A stretch of DNA of 53,302 nt from Actinomycetota bacterium (GCA_036519575.1 DATDKZ010000057.1:1-53302); one strand, 5' to 3'; shown: positions 12,501 to 22,579, counted from the first letter of the stretch. Notes: generated by a model from the sequence alone, not told the origin. Program-made: numbers and translations.

Positions 12501-12926
12501 ATGCAGGTACTTCGGCTCAAGCGAGGATTGTTCGGCTACACGCCGGAGAGCGTGCGCTTGCTCCTCGCCGACCGGGACAAGATGTTCATCCGGGCGGCCG
12601 AGGTGGCCCGGGCGGCCGAGGCCCTGGTGCTCGAACTTCGCGCGGAGGTGGAGGCGCTCAAGGCCCAAGTCGAAGAGCGCCAAGGGGGGCTTCGCCCCGC
12701 CGAGTCGGAGGCCGCCGGCCGTCGCACCGACCGGGCTGCTACGCGGGTGGAGCTCGACAGGGCCGCCGCCACCGTCGCGCAGCTCACGACCGACGTGGAG
12801 ACCGCACGCAAGGAGCTCGAGGACGCCCGGGAGCTCGCCCGGGTGGCCGATGCCCAGCTCGCACGGAGGACGGCGACCTCACGGTCGTTCGCCAGGAGCC
12901 GGGAACGCAACGGCGAGACTTCCTGA
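12501..12926 (+). CDS. DivIVA-domain-like coiled-coil protein
   Basis: ATG 12501 after GAGGGGGA. The N-terminus LKRGLFGYTPESVRLLL resembles the DivIVA-domain RGYD..EV..FL motif. The rest is Ala/Glu/Arg heptad-like coiled coil. High GC3. Confidence 0.6.
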   Translation: MQVLRLKRGLFGYTPESVRLLLADRDKMFIRAAEVARAAEALVLELRAEVEALKAQVEERQGGLRPAESEAAGRRTDRAATRVELDRAAATVAQLTTDVETARKELEDARELARVADAQLARRTATSRSFARSRERNGETS

Positions 12927-13024
12927 CGCCGGCGCTCGCCCCGGTGATCGATCTCCCATTTCCCAGATAAAGGACCGCCTGCTCGCGGCCGACACCTAAG
13001 AGGTCCGGACCGTGAGGAGGGGAC

Positions 13025-13585
13025 ATGGCGGCAGAGCGCTGCCCGGAGTGCCTGCTGACACCGCAGGCCGAGGAGCTGCTCGAACGGCTGGAGGACAAGC
13101 TCCGGCGAACCCGTCCGGGCGATGCGAGCTGGGAGACCACGATCTGTCCGCGGTGCGGCCGCCTCTCCGGCATCTTCGACGAGCGCGAGGGATGGTCAGT
13201 GGGCGAGGGAGGCAATCGGGGATGGGCCTCGGGCCCCGGGCCCGCGGCCGAGGCCAAGCCGGTGCCCCAGCCGAAGCGGGTGGCCGAGGAGCGGTCGATG
13301 CGGTCCCCGAAGGTCACCGAGCGGTCCACGGGATTCACGGAGGTCCCCGCGGTCTCGCCGACCACCGACTCCCGCAGGATCGACCTCGATTCGCTTCCCG
13401 TCCCCACGTGGGTCACCGTGCGAGAGGCCGCCTTCCTGGCCCGTGTCTCCGAGCAGCAGGTGCTCGAGTGGGTGAACAAGGGCACCGTCGAGCATGAAGT
13501 GATCCTGGGTGATGCGGGACACGCCGGGTGGGTGTTCGTCCGAACGCGAGACCTCGATCCGGCCCTCGCTCGCGACGCCGGCTGA
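13025..13585 (+). CDS. Zinc-ribbon (CPEC...CPRC) protein with a disordered linker and a C-terminal excisionase/MerR-type HTH
   Basis: Strong RBS GAGGAGGGG before ATG 13025. High GC3. The C-terminus WVTVREAAFLARVSEQQVLEWVNKGTV resembles an HTH_17-type helix-turn-helix. Confidence 0.65.
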   Translation: MAAERCPECLLTPQAEELLERLEDKLRRTRPGDASWETTICPRCGRLSGIFDEREGWSVGEGGNRGWASGPGPAAEAKPVPQPKRVAEERSMRSPKVTERSTGFTEVPAVSPTTDSRRIDLDSLPVPTWVTVREAAFLARVSEQQVLEWVNKGTVEHEVILGDAGHAGWVFVRTRDLDPALARDAG

Positions 13586-13609
13586 GCGAGGCGGCGCTCC
13601 CAACCGAGC

Positions 13610-14164
13610 TCAGGCGTTCGCGGGGTGTGTCGACGTCAGGTGACCGAGCTCCTCCAGCTTGGCCAGGACCATCTCCGCTGCCTCGACGGGAGAGCACTGC
13701 TCGGTGTCGATAACCAACTCGGGTCGCTGGGGCTCCTCGTACGGATCGGACACCCCGGTGAAGTTCGAGATCTCGCCGGCGATCGCCTTCTCGTACAGAC
13801 CCTTCACGTCTCGCCGAGTGACCTCCTCGAGCGAGGCCCTGACATACACCTCGACGAAGTCACCGATGAGCTCGCGGTTGCGATCGCGGATCTCCCGATA
13901 GGGCGAGATCGCGGAGCACACGGCGACCACGCCATTCCGCACCAGCAGGTTGGCGACGAACCCGATCCGCAGGATGTTGGTGTCGCGATCCTCCTTGGAG
14001 AATCCCAGGCCCTTGGACAGGTGCGTTCGCACGACGTCGCCGTCCAGCAGCTCAACCTTATGGCCTCGCCGGCGGAGCGCCGGTACGAGCAGCTCGGCGA
14101 TGGTGGACTTGCCGGCGCCAGACAGCCCGGTGAACCAGACGCAGAACCCTCGGTCCTCTATCAC
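13610..14164 (-). CDS. cysC: Adenylylsulfate (APS) kinase
   Basis: 184 aa. [21 protein letters not shown]-loop and LDGDVVR...[10 protein letters not shown] motifs. Its start overlaps the upstream gene's stop (14161-14164). Confidence 0.9.
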   Translation of the reverse strand: MIEDRGFCVWFTGLSGAGKSTIAELLVPALRRRGHKVELLDGDVVRTHLSKGLGFSKEDRDTNILRIGFVANLLVRNGVVAVCSAISPYREIRDRNRELIGDFVEVYVRASLEEVTRRDVKGLYEKAIAGEISNFTGVSDPYEEPQRPELVIDTEQCSPVEAAEMVLAKLEELGHLTSTHPANA

Positions 14165-15555
14165 AGGAAGCTCCTTCCGACGGCGCCCTCGGGCGCCTCG
14201 ATGTCGTAGATGGAGAGGATGCTTGGGCCGACGTCGACGAGGTTCAGCCCCTCGACGCTTCCCACCAGCTGGCCGGGGAGGTTCGACAGCGCGAATACGC
14301 CGGTCCGATCGTGGTTGGCCCCGTCGGGGCCGGTGTCGTTCTCGTACGTGTAGACGCTCGGATTGCCGACGGTGCCGACCGATCGCCAGTCGAGGTCGCC
14401 GAAGTACACGATCAGGTCGGGAGCCACGCCGCGGACCTCCGGGTACACGTCCTGCGGCCTGAACACCTTAGTCCCGAGGGGCTCGCCGTCGGGTCCGGGC
14501 ATCGCCTCCAGCGCGGCGATGAGCTCGTCTCGAACCTGTTCGTACCGGCCAGGCTCGACCACCCCGTTCGGCTCTCGTCCCTCGACGTTGAGGAACAGCC
14601 GCCCGTAGTAGCCCCCGTCGCCCCAGGCCACGGTTCGGGCCCAGTCGATGGGCGCCTCGGCGATCGGCGTGACGGAGGTGAGCGGTTCCGAGAGCGAAAG
14701 GTAGCCCTGGCTCATCAGCCAGTCGTTGATACAGACGCCCCCCATCATCGGCCGAGCGCCGTGGTCGGACATCACGATCGTCACGGCGTCCTCAGGGAGG
14801 ACCTCCAGAAGTGAGCCGACCTCCTTGTCCAGGAACCTGTAATAGTCCTGAAAGGCCGTCTCGAACCGATTGCCCGCCTCGTAGCGAGGGTGTCGGGGAT
14901 CGAAGTACTCCCAGAACACGTGATGCAGACGGTCGGGCCCCATCTCCACGATCATGAAGTAGTCCCAGGGCTTGGTGGTCACCAACCGGCGGGCAACCCG
15001 GAACCTCCGCTCCGTCATCTTGAACACCTGATCGAGCACGAGCTCCATGCCCTGCTCCCGGAAGTTCGGGATGTCGAAGATGTACTGACCGGGCCCACCC
15101 AGCTCCTCCTCGATCTCGGACTGGAGCTCAGCGGGGTGGGTGTAACCCTTGTTGGAGGGCGGCGTGAGGAAACACCCGACGCGCCAGCCCTCGATGGGCT
15201 TCGGCGGGTATGAGGGTGGCACGCCGATCAGCAGCGACCGCAAACCCTTCTGCCCCAGGAGATCCCACACAGCGGGCTCCTTCACGGCATTGGAGGTCGC
15301 GATGGACAGTCTCTCGTAGGAGTTGTCCTTCCGGTTGCGGAACCCGTAGATCCCAAGCTGACCGGGGGTCTTGCCGGTCATGGCGCAGGCCCACGCCGGA
15401 ATGGTGATGGGCGGCGTGATGCTGGCGAGGTCCCCGTGCATCCCACCCTCCATCAGCTTTCGGATGTTCGGGACCTCATCGGCGAGATCGCGGAACAGGA
15501 GCTGGGGCGTGCCGCAGTCGAGCCCGATGACGGCGACTCTCGGTGCATGCGTCAT
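14161..15555 (-). CDS. Alkaline-phosphatase superfamily protein (type I phosphodiesterase/nucleotide pyrophosphatase-like)
   Basis: ATG 15555. [17 protein letters not shown]...[27 protein letters not shown] (Thr nucleophile region)...IVMSDHGA. The N-terminal 106 aa of the track ORF are rejected. Confidence 0.7.
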   Translation of the reverse strand: MTHAPRVAVIGLDCGTPQLLFRDLADEVPNIRKLMEGGMHGDLASITPPITIPAWACAMTGKTPGQLGIYGFRNRKDNSYERLSIATSNAVKEPAVWDLLGQKGLRSLLIGVPPSYPPKPIEGWRVGCFLTPPSNKGYTHPAELQSEIEEELGGPGQYIFDIPNFREQGMELVLDQVFKMTERRFRVARRLVTTKPWDYFMIVEMGPDRLHHVFWEYFDPRHPRYEAGNRFETAFQDYYRFLDKEVGSLLEVLPEDAVTIVMSDHGARPMMGGVCINDWLMSQGYLSLSEPLTSVTPIAEAPIDWARTVAWGDGGYYGRLFLNVEGREPNGVVEPGRYEQVRDELIAALEAMPGPDGEPLGTKVFRPQDVYPEVRGVAPDLIVYFGDLDWRSVGTVGNPSVYTYENDTGPDGANHDRTGVFALSNLPGQLVGSVEGLNLVDVGPSILSIYDIEAPEGAVGRSFL

Positions 15556-15666
15556 TCCTCGGCTACCCGATCGGTCGGTGGTCGCGAAAAGGAGCCCGGC
15601 GCCTTTCGCCGCAGCTCCGAGCGAGCATCCTACCAATGGGCCGGACGGGCCGACCAAGCTGCGAGA

Positions 15667-16077
15667 ATGGGGCGCGCCATGACGCTGCTCAAGCGGGTCC
15701 TGTACTGGCAGGCGGCGTTGTGGGCGTCCTCCGGCGTCGTCCTGTTCACGGTGCCCGGGTGGCTGGTCGAGCGGGTCCTCAGCCAACCGCCCGTGGGCGA
15801 TGACGTTTGGCTCCGAGCCATGGGAGCCATGGCCGTCGTCCTGTCGCTCCTGATGGTGCTGGTCGCTCACCACGTCGATGAGGTCTGGTGGTGGGCGTGG
15901 GCGTTCGTCATCCTGGAGGCTTCGACGGCGGGGCTCTTCGCGGTGAACGTCTTACTCGGTTTGCCCGCCGGCGCTGCGGCATGGCCCTGGTGGCTGATCG
16001 GTGGAGCAAACGCCGTCCTGGGGACACTGGAAGTGGTCGCGCTGGCCAGGGTGGGGATGGAACGGTCACCCGTCTAG
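15667..16077 (+). CDS. Small integral membrane protein, function unknown
   Basis: MGRAMTLLKRVLYWQAALWASSGVVLFTVPGW... has about 4 TM helices. The start is 15667 or 15679. It is divergent from the phosphodiesterase-like gene. Confidence 0.5.
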   Translation: MGRAMTLLKRVLYWQAALWASSGVVLFTVPGWLVERVLSQPPVGDDVWLRAMGAMAVVLSLLMVLVAHHVDEVWWWAWAFVILEASTAGLFAVNVLLGLPAGAAAWPWWLIGGANAVLGTLEVVALARVGMERSPV

Positions 16078-16116
16078 TTCCCGGGTGACCGTCTCCTTCC
16101 GGCGATCGTCGTTACC

Positions 16117-17808
<1,692 letters not shown>

Positions 17809-18108
17809 CTACTTCTTGTCGATGACGGCCAGGACGTCGCGTGCCGAGAGGATCAGGTACTCCTCGCCCTCGACCTTGACCTCGGTCCCCCCGTACTTGG
17901 AGTAGATGACGCTGTCGCCGGCCTTGACGTCCATCGGCACTCGCTGGCCCTCCTCGAACCGGCCCGGGCCCACCGCCACGACCTTCCCCTCCTGTGGCTT
18001 CTCCTTGGCCGTATCGGGGATCACGATGCCGGAGACGGTCGTCTCCTCCTCCTCCTGGGGCTGGACGACGATCCTGTCCTCCAGAGGCTTCAGGTTGAAC
18101 TTGGCCAT
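17809..18108 (-). CDS. groES: Co-chaperonin GroES
   Basis: 99 aa. [49 protein letters not shown]. Confidence 0.97.
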   Translation of the reverse strand: MAKFNLKPLEDRIVVQPQEEEETTVSGIVIPDTAKEKPQEGKVVAVGPGRFEEGQRVPMDVKAGDSVIYSKYGGTEVKVEGEEYLILSARDVLAVIDKK

Positions 18109-18147
18109 ACCTTCCTCCTTGCCGTGCTCCGTGGCGTCCTGGGGCGG

Positions 18148-18174
18148 TTAGCACTCGCCCCTTGCGAGTGCTAA
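18148..18174 (-). promoter_or_regulatory. CIRCE operator (HrcA-binding inverted repeat)
   Basis: Perfect TTAGCACTC-N9-GAGTGCTAA, read directly at 18148-18174, 40 nt upstream of the groES start. Confidence 0.9.
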
Positions 18175-18175
18175 C

Positions 18176-18204
18176 AGGATACCCACGGGAGTGCAAGGGG
18201 TCAA
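18176..18204 (-). promoter_or_regulatory. Putative housekeeping-sigma promoter of groES-groEL
   Basis: On the minus strand: TTGACC (18204-18199), N17, TATCCT (18181-18176). It sits immediately upstream of and abuts CIRCE. Confidence 0.55.
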
Positions 18205-18307
18205 CGGCGGCCGGGGACGAAGGCGACGGCCCGGGTGGCCAGCGGGCGAGATGTCGAGCCGTCCTTACTGGTGCGCCCTCAGTCCCTCGCGGTCATCAAA
18301 GACGGGT

Positions 18308-19027
18308 CTAGGTAGCGCCCTGAGTCGCCCGAACCTGGTGAGCACCGTTCGAAGTCTCCAGGTTCTGGAGACTACCGTTCCAGAATACGAAGGCCGTGGC
18401 CTCGAGTCGCGAATGGACCTCGAGCTTGCTCAGGATGTTCTGGATGTGCGTTCGGGCCGTCTGCGGACTGATGACCAAGGTCCGGGCGATGGCGTCGTTG
18501 TCGGCGCCCTCGGCCAGCAGGGCCAGGACCTGTCGCTCTCGACGGGTCAGCCTGGCCAGTCGCTCCTGAGCGACGTCAAGCTCGTGCCTGTGCGAGATGA
18601 GCCGAGACAGGAGTCCGCCGAGCATCCGAGGAGGGATCACCGTCTCGCCTCGCGACAGGGCCCGGGTCGCTTCCAGAAGGTCCACGAGGGGAGCTCGCTT
18701 GGTGTGGAACCCGCTGGCACCGGCCTCGACGGCCGCCGCGAGTGTCCCCTGGTCCTCTCCATCGGCCAGGATCAGCAGCCGACACCCGGGAACCCGCTCA
18801 TGTAGCAGGCCGACGACATGGATGGCATCGCACGCCTCGAGCCCTGCATGGAGGATGGCAACATCCGGCTCTTCGCGTCCCGCCTCCTCCACCGCCTGGA
18901 AGCCCGACTCCGCCTCCGCCACCACGAGGAGGTCGGGCTCGGCGTCGAAGGTGGCTCTGAGAGCCTCACGGAACAGGGCGTGCTGGTCGGCGAGAAGGAC
19001 CCGGATGGGCACCGGCGCGTCACTCAC
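18308..19027 (-). CDS. Distal atypical (Asp-less) NarL/LuxR response-regulator unit, possibly also translated independently
   Basis: Internal GTG at 19027 is preceded by GGGGGAG plus a 6-nt spacer. It would give 239 aa, with His where the phospho-acceptor Asp is expected. Confidence 0.5.
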   Translation of the reverse strand: MSDAPVPIRVLLADQHALFREALRATFDAEPDLLVVAEAESGFQAVEEAGREEPDVAILHAGLEACDAIHVVGLLHERVPGCRLLILADGEDQGTLAAAVEAGASGFHTKRAPLVDLLEATRALSRGETVIPPRMLGGLLSRLISHRHELDVAQERLARLTRRERQVLALLAEGADNDAIARTLVISPQTARTHIQNILSKLEVHSRLEATAFVFWNGSLQNLETSNGAHQVRATQGAT

Positions 19028-19924
19028 TCCGGGCTCCCCCTTTCGCCCGCCGGCCGTCGACCAGACGACGACGCTCCTTGGCGAACTCGGCCTCCCACGC
19101 GCGTCCGAAGGAGTACCCGCGTCACGACGAGCGTTCCAGCCCAACGCCCTTCGCGAGGATCGATCGACGGTCGGCGGGGCACCTGTCGAGGCAACAGCCC
19201 CCGGCAGCGCCGTCAATCGGTGGCGCACGGCGAAGGTTGAGGCCTCCAGTCGGGAATGGACTTGCAGCTTGGTCAAGATGCTCTGAACGTGGGTCCTCAC
19301 GGTGTTCCGGCTGATCGCCAGCGCCGCCGCGATCTCCCCACCATTCGCGCCCCGCGCAAGAAGGGCAAGCACCTCTCGCTCGCGAGGAGTGAGGTGGGTG
19401 GCGAGGAGTTCCGCGTCCTCGTGCTCTGCGGCCTGGCGGCTCGCCGATCCCAGCCGGTGCGGCATGATGCGTTGCCCATCGAGGACCGCGCGGACGGAGC
19501 TCACGAACTGTGCGACAGGCGTGCGCTTGGTCAGATACCCTCGGAACCCGATCCGGAGCGCCTCCTCGGCAACTCGGCGCTCCTCCAGCGCGGTCAGCGC
19601 GAGGATCTTCGCTTCGGGCCAGTCGTGCAATATCCGCTTCCCGGCGAGCAGCCCGCTCTGATCGGGGAGAGCGACATCCATCAGGACCAGATCCGGACGC
19701 TCCCGCAACACACTTGTGACCGCGTCTTCGGCGGTCCCCGACACGCCGGCGACGACAACCCCCGCGGCCTCCAGGGCCGACCTGATGGCCTCGGCGAACA
19801 GCGACTGGCCGTCCACGATCAGGACACTCTGCGAGACCTCGCCATTGGCTAGTGCACTCAGCGTAGCTCCCCTCGATTGGACCGTTGCATATGCCTGCAA
19901 CGGCTCTGGCAGTCTAGAACGCAT
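18308..19924 (-). CDS. Stop-free ORF encoding two NarL/LuxR-type response regulators in tandem (REC-HTH-linker-REC-HTH)
   Basis: Part of track ORF 18308..20272. ATG 19924 is preceded by GAAGGA-N6. Unit 1 reads [40 protein letters not shown]. Unit 2 reads [42 protein letters not shown]. There is no stop between the units. The 5' end is uncertain because the first ~30 codons have low GC3. Confidence 0.6.
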   Translation of the reverse strand: MRSRLPEPLQAYATVQSRGATLSALANGEVSQSVLIVDGQSLFAEAIRSALEAAGVVVAGVSGTAEDAVTSVLRERPDLVLMDVALPDQSGLLAGKRILHDWPEAKILALTALEERRVAEEALRIGFRGYLTKRTPVAQFVSSVRAVLDGQRIMPHRLGSASRQAAEHEDAELLATHLTPREREVLALLARGANGGEIAAALAISRNTVRTHVQSILTKLQVHSRLEASTFAVRHRLTALPGAVASTGAPPTVDRSSRRALGWNARRDAGTPSDARGRPSSPRSVVVWSTAGGRKGEPGVSDAPVPIRVLLADQHALFREALRATFDAEPDLLVVAEAESGFQAVEEAGREEPDVAILHAGLEACDAIHVVGLLHERVPGCRLLILADGEDQGTLAAAVEAGASGFHTKRAPLVDLLEATRALSRGETVIPPRMLGGLLSRLISHRHELDVAQERLARLTRRERQVLALLAEGADNDAIARTLVISPQTARTHIQNILSKLEVHSRLEATAFVFWNGSLQNLETSNGAHQVRATQGAT

Positions 19925-20162
19925 AGCGCGTCCTTCGCAAGCTATTGGGACTCTGAGCGTGTTCCTGAGATCCCGTTTCGCCGCAGCTACAATTGATCCG
20001 GAGGTCTCTGCCATATCAGTGCACTTGTCACCTGGAGCATCGACCGGCAAGCGTAGGAAATTTCGATGCTGTTCGGGAGATGGCCGTGGAACCGATCCCG
20101 CCCAAGTCTTACACTGGCGCTCTCCCCGCCGATGGTGGAAATGCGGCGTCCGGAACTGAGCG

Positions 20163-20621
20163 ATGGATCCTCTTGCACTCGAGATCGGCCGAGCCCTTCG
20201 CCGGGCGCGACGAGCACGTGGGTTGACGTTGCGAGAGCTCACACGACAGTCGGCTGGGCGGTTCAAGGCCACCTCGGTGGCCGGCTACGAGCGCGGTGAG
20301 CGCACGATCTCGGTCGAGCGCTTCTGCGAGCTCTGCGTTCTGTACTGCGTTGCTCCACAGGCGGTGCTGGGAGACATCCTGGTCGCGGTTGGTGGAGGCG
20401 CCGAGCGCGAGATCGACCTTTCGCGGCTGGAGACGATGCGATCGGCGGAGGGCCCGCTCCTGTCGGAGTTCGTGCGGCAGATCAAGGCGTTGAGGGGAAA
20501 AGCCTCTTCGGAGACGATCGCGCTCAGGGCGGGCGACATCGAGGTATTGGCAACGGCGGCGGGCAAGAAACCGGAGGAGCTCGCGGAGGCGATCGAACCG
20601 ACCGTCCGCAAGAAGGATTGA
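20163..20621 (+). CDS. BldD-like XRE-family transcriptional regulator (N-terminal HTH plus BldD-type C-terminal domain)
   Basis: 152 aa. [49 protein letters not shown] parallels my recollection of the BldD N-terminal domain. The C-terminus [24 protein letters not shown] aligns with the BldD IQSQRGDYNGKVLSIRQDDLRTLA region. Confidence 0.65.
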   Translation: MDPLALEIGRALRRARRARGLTLRELTRQSAGRFKATSVAGYERGERTISVERFCELCVLYCVAPQAVLGDILVAVGGGAEREIDLSRLETMRSAEGPLLSEFVRQIKALRGKASSETIALRAGDIEVLATAAGKKPEELAEAIEPTVRKKD

Positions 20622-20633
20622 GCGGACGGTCGC

Positions 20634-21578
20634 TCAGACCCCCTTCAGGTACGCCACGGTCTCGGACAGCCCATCGACGAGGTGGGTCCAGGGATGCCAC
20701 CCCAGGACCTCGGCAGCGAGCTCGACGTCGAGCGCGTTCCGCCGGACCTCCCCAGAAGGCAGCGGTCCGCTGGCGGGCTGTCCTGTGAACCCGATGATCT
20801 CGGCGAGCATCCGGTAGAGACCGTTCACCGAGGTCTCCAGGCCCGTTCCGATATTGACCAGCCGCCCGCTCCCCCGGTCGGCGGCCAAGGCCAGGGCATG
20901 CACGACGTCGTCGACGAACACGTAGTCCCTGGTCTGGTTCCCGTCGCCGAAGATCGTGGGCGTCTCGCCGGCCAGCATCCTGGAGGCGAAGATGGAGATC
21001 ACCCCCGATTCGCCTGAGGGGTCCTGCCGTGGGCCGTAGACGTTGGCCAGGGCGAGCGCGGCGAAGTCGATCCCCCGGAACCGCTTGTAGTGCTCGAGGT
21101 AATCGATGCCGACCTTCTTGCTGATCCCGTAGGGCGACCCCGGGCGTGATCCCGTCGCCGAGGACTCCTTCACCGGAAGCCGGCGGGCATCGCCGTAGAG
21201 CGTGCCGCCGGAGGCGGCGTACACGACCTTCCGCACGCCGATCTTGACGGAGCACTCCATCACGTTGAGCAGGCCCATGATGTTCACGCTGGCGTCGAAC
21301 GCCGGATCCTCCAGCGATCGGCGCACGCCGGCCTGGGCCCCGAGATGCACGACCACCTCCGGCTGGTGCCGCTCGAACAGCTGGAGGAGGCCGTCGGAAC
21401 GCAGGTCCATGTTGAAGAACGTGAACTCCGACCCATAGCTCCGCGCCTCCGCGAGGTTGGCGATCTTGCCGGCGGAGAGGTCGTCCACCGCCAGCACACG
21501 ATGGCCCTCGGCCAGGAGCCGGTCCGACACATGCGATCCGATGAAGCCGGCTCCTCCGGTGACGAGGTAGGCGATCAC
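20634..21578 (-). CDS. NAD-dependent epimerase/dehydratase (extended SDR, GalE-like)
   Basis: GTG 21578 overlaps the tsaD stop (GTGA). (M)IAYLVTGGAGFIGSHV...YGISK (YxxxK). 314 aa. The rest of track ORF 20634..22553 is rejected. Confidence 0.85.
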   Translation of the reverse strand: MIAYLVTGGAGFIGSHVSDRLLAEGHRVLAVDDLSAGKIANLAEARSYGSEFTFFNMDLRSDGLLQLFERHQPEVVVHLGAQAGVRRSLEDPAFDASVNIMGLLNVMECSVKIGVRKVVYAASGGTLYGDARRLPVKESSATGSRPGSPYGISKKVGIDYLEHYKRFRGIDFAALALANVYGPRQDPSGESGVISIFASRMLAGETPTIFGDGNQTRDYVFVDDVVHALALAADRGSGRLVNIGTGLETSVNGLYRMLAEIIGFTGQPASGPLPSGEVRRNALDVELAAEVLGWHPWTHLVDGLSETVAYLKGV

Positions 21579-22579
21579 GCAAGCTCCAACCCGGGATCGG
21601 CGGCCACGTTGAACGGGGACCGGTAGCCTCGGGCCAGGCGCGAAGCCCCGGCCACGGCGATCATCGCGGCGTTGTCGGTGCACAACTCGAGGGACGGGAA
21701 CTGGACGCCGATCCCAGCCTCCGCCCCGGCCTTCTCCATCCGTTCCCGGAGCCGAGTGTTGGCCACCACCCCACCCCCGAGGAGCACGGCCTTGACGCCA
21801 TGCTCCTTGGCGGCTGCGATGGTCTTCGACACCTGGACATCGACGATGGCCTCCTGAAAGGAGGCCGCGAGGTCGGCGGTGTCGACCTCGCGGCCGGCAG
21901 CCCTCTCGGCCTTCACGTGGCGAAGCACGGAGGTCTTCAGCCCGGACATCGAGAAGTCGTAGTTCCCCGTGTCGATCATGGCCCGGGGAAAGGTGATGGC
22001 GGCGGGATCGCCCTCTCGGGCCAGCCTGTCCAGGGCCGGCCCACCCGGAAACTCCAGGCCGAGGAATCGGGCGATCTTGTCGAACGCCTCTCCCGCGGCG
22101 TCGTCGACGGTCTGGCCCAGTACCCGGTAGCGGTGCTCCTCGGGCATGTGCACGAGCATGGTGTGCCCACCCGAGACGACCAGACAGATGTACGGCGGCT
22201 CCGGCGGGCCGTGTTCGATGAAGTTCGCGTAGATGTGCCCCTCGAGGTGATTCACCCCGATGAGATCGGCTCCCGTCGCAACGGCGACCGCTTTCGCGGC
22301 CGCGACCCCCACCAGCAGGGCGCCGACCAATCCCGGCCCCACCGTCACCGCCACGCCGTCCAGGTCGGCGAAGCGACACCCCGCCCGGTCGAGCGCTTCG
22401 TCCATCAGTGGGTTCAGGGCTTGCACGTGGGCTCTGGAGGCCACCTCGGGCACGACCCCGCCGAACCTGGCATGCAGGTCGGTCTGGCTGGCGACGAAGT
22501 TGGCCAGGACGATCGCGCCATCCTCGATGACCGCGACCGCGGTCTCGTCGCACGAGGTCTCGATGCCCAGGACCCTCAC
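21575..22579 (-). CDS. tsaD: tRNA N6-adenosine threonylcarbamoyltransferase TsaD
   Basis: 334 aa. MRVLGIETSCDETAVAV...GGHTML...LGGGVVAN. Confidence 0.95.
   Translation of the reverse strand: MRVLGIETSCDETAVAVIEDGAIVLANFVASQTDLHARFGGVVPEVASRAHVQALNPLMDEALDRAGCRFADLDGVAVTVGPGLVGALLVGVAAAKAVAVATGADLIGVNHLEGHIYANFIEHGPPEPPYICLVVSGGHTMLVHMPEEHRYRVLGQTVDDAAGEAFDKIARFLGLEFPGGPALDRLAREGDPAAITFPRAMIDTGNYDFSMSGLKTSVLRHVKAERAAGREVDTADLAASFQEAIVDVQVSKTIAAAKEHGVKAVLLGGGVVANTRLRERMEKAGAEAGIGVQFPSLELCTDNAAMIAVAGASRLARGYRSPFNVAADPGLELA

Noticed and set aside
11123-12520. N-terminal extensions of track ORFs. Affected ORFs are guaB3, glmS, acpS, nnr, tsaB, arsM, the epimerase 20634..22553, the phosphodiesterase-like gene, rplM, rplE, rplR, rpmC, rpsS, rplB, rplD, infA and the two DivIVA-like genes.
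   Set aside because: In each case the conserved family N-terminus begins at an internal ATG, GTG or TTG. That start either has an SD-like sequence or forms an ATGA/GTGA/TGATG overlap with the upstream stop. The extra residues overlap the preceding gene and look like junk.
19028-19240. Treating the linker between the two response-regulator units as ordinary intergenic DNA, so that there are two separate genes.
   Set aside because: This is tempting because of relaxed third-position GC and the internal RBS plus GTG. However, there is no in-frame stop after unit 1, so as sequenced the upstream ORF cannot terminate before 18308. It is kept as a finding and flagged for read-level verification.
19716-20159. 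147-aa plus-strand ORF and several 60-80-aa ORFs in the response-regulator/BldD-like spacer. I checked these for a WhiB-like protein, because whiD neighbours bldM in Streptomyces.
   Set aside because: There is no CxnCxxCx5C cluster or GVWGG-type motif. The ORFs overlap the response-regulator coding frame or the low-GC spacer and have poor codon bias.
20620-20636. Short inverted repeat GAGCG-N6-CGCTC between the convergent BldD-like and epimerase genes.
   Set aside because: The stem is only 5 bp with no T-tract, which is too weak to call a bidirectional terminator.
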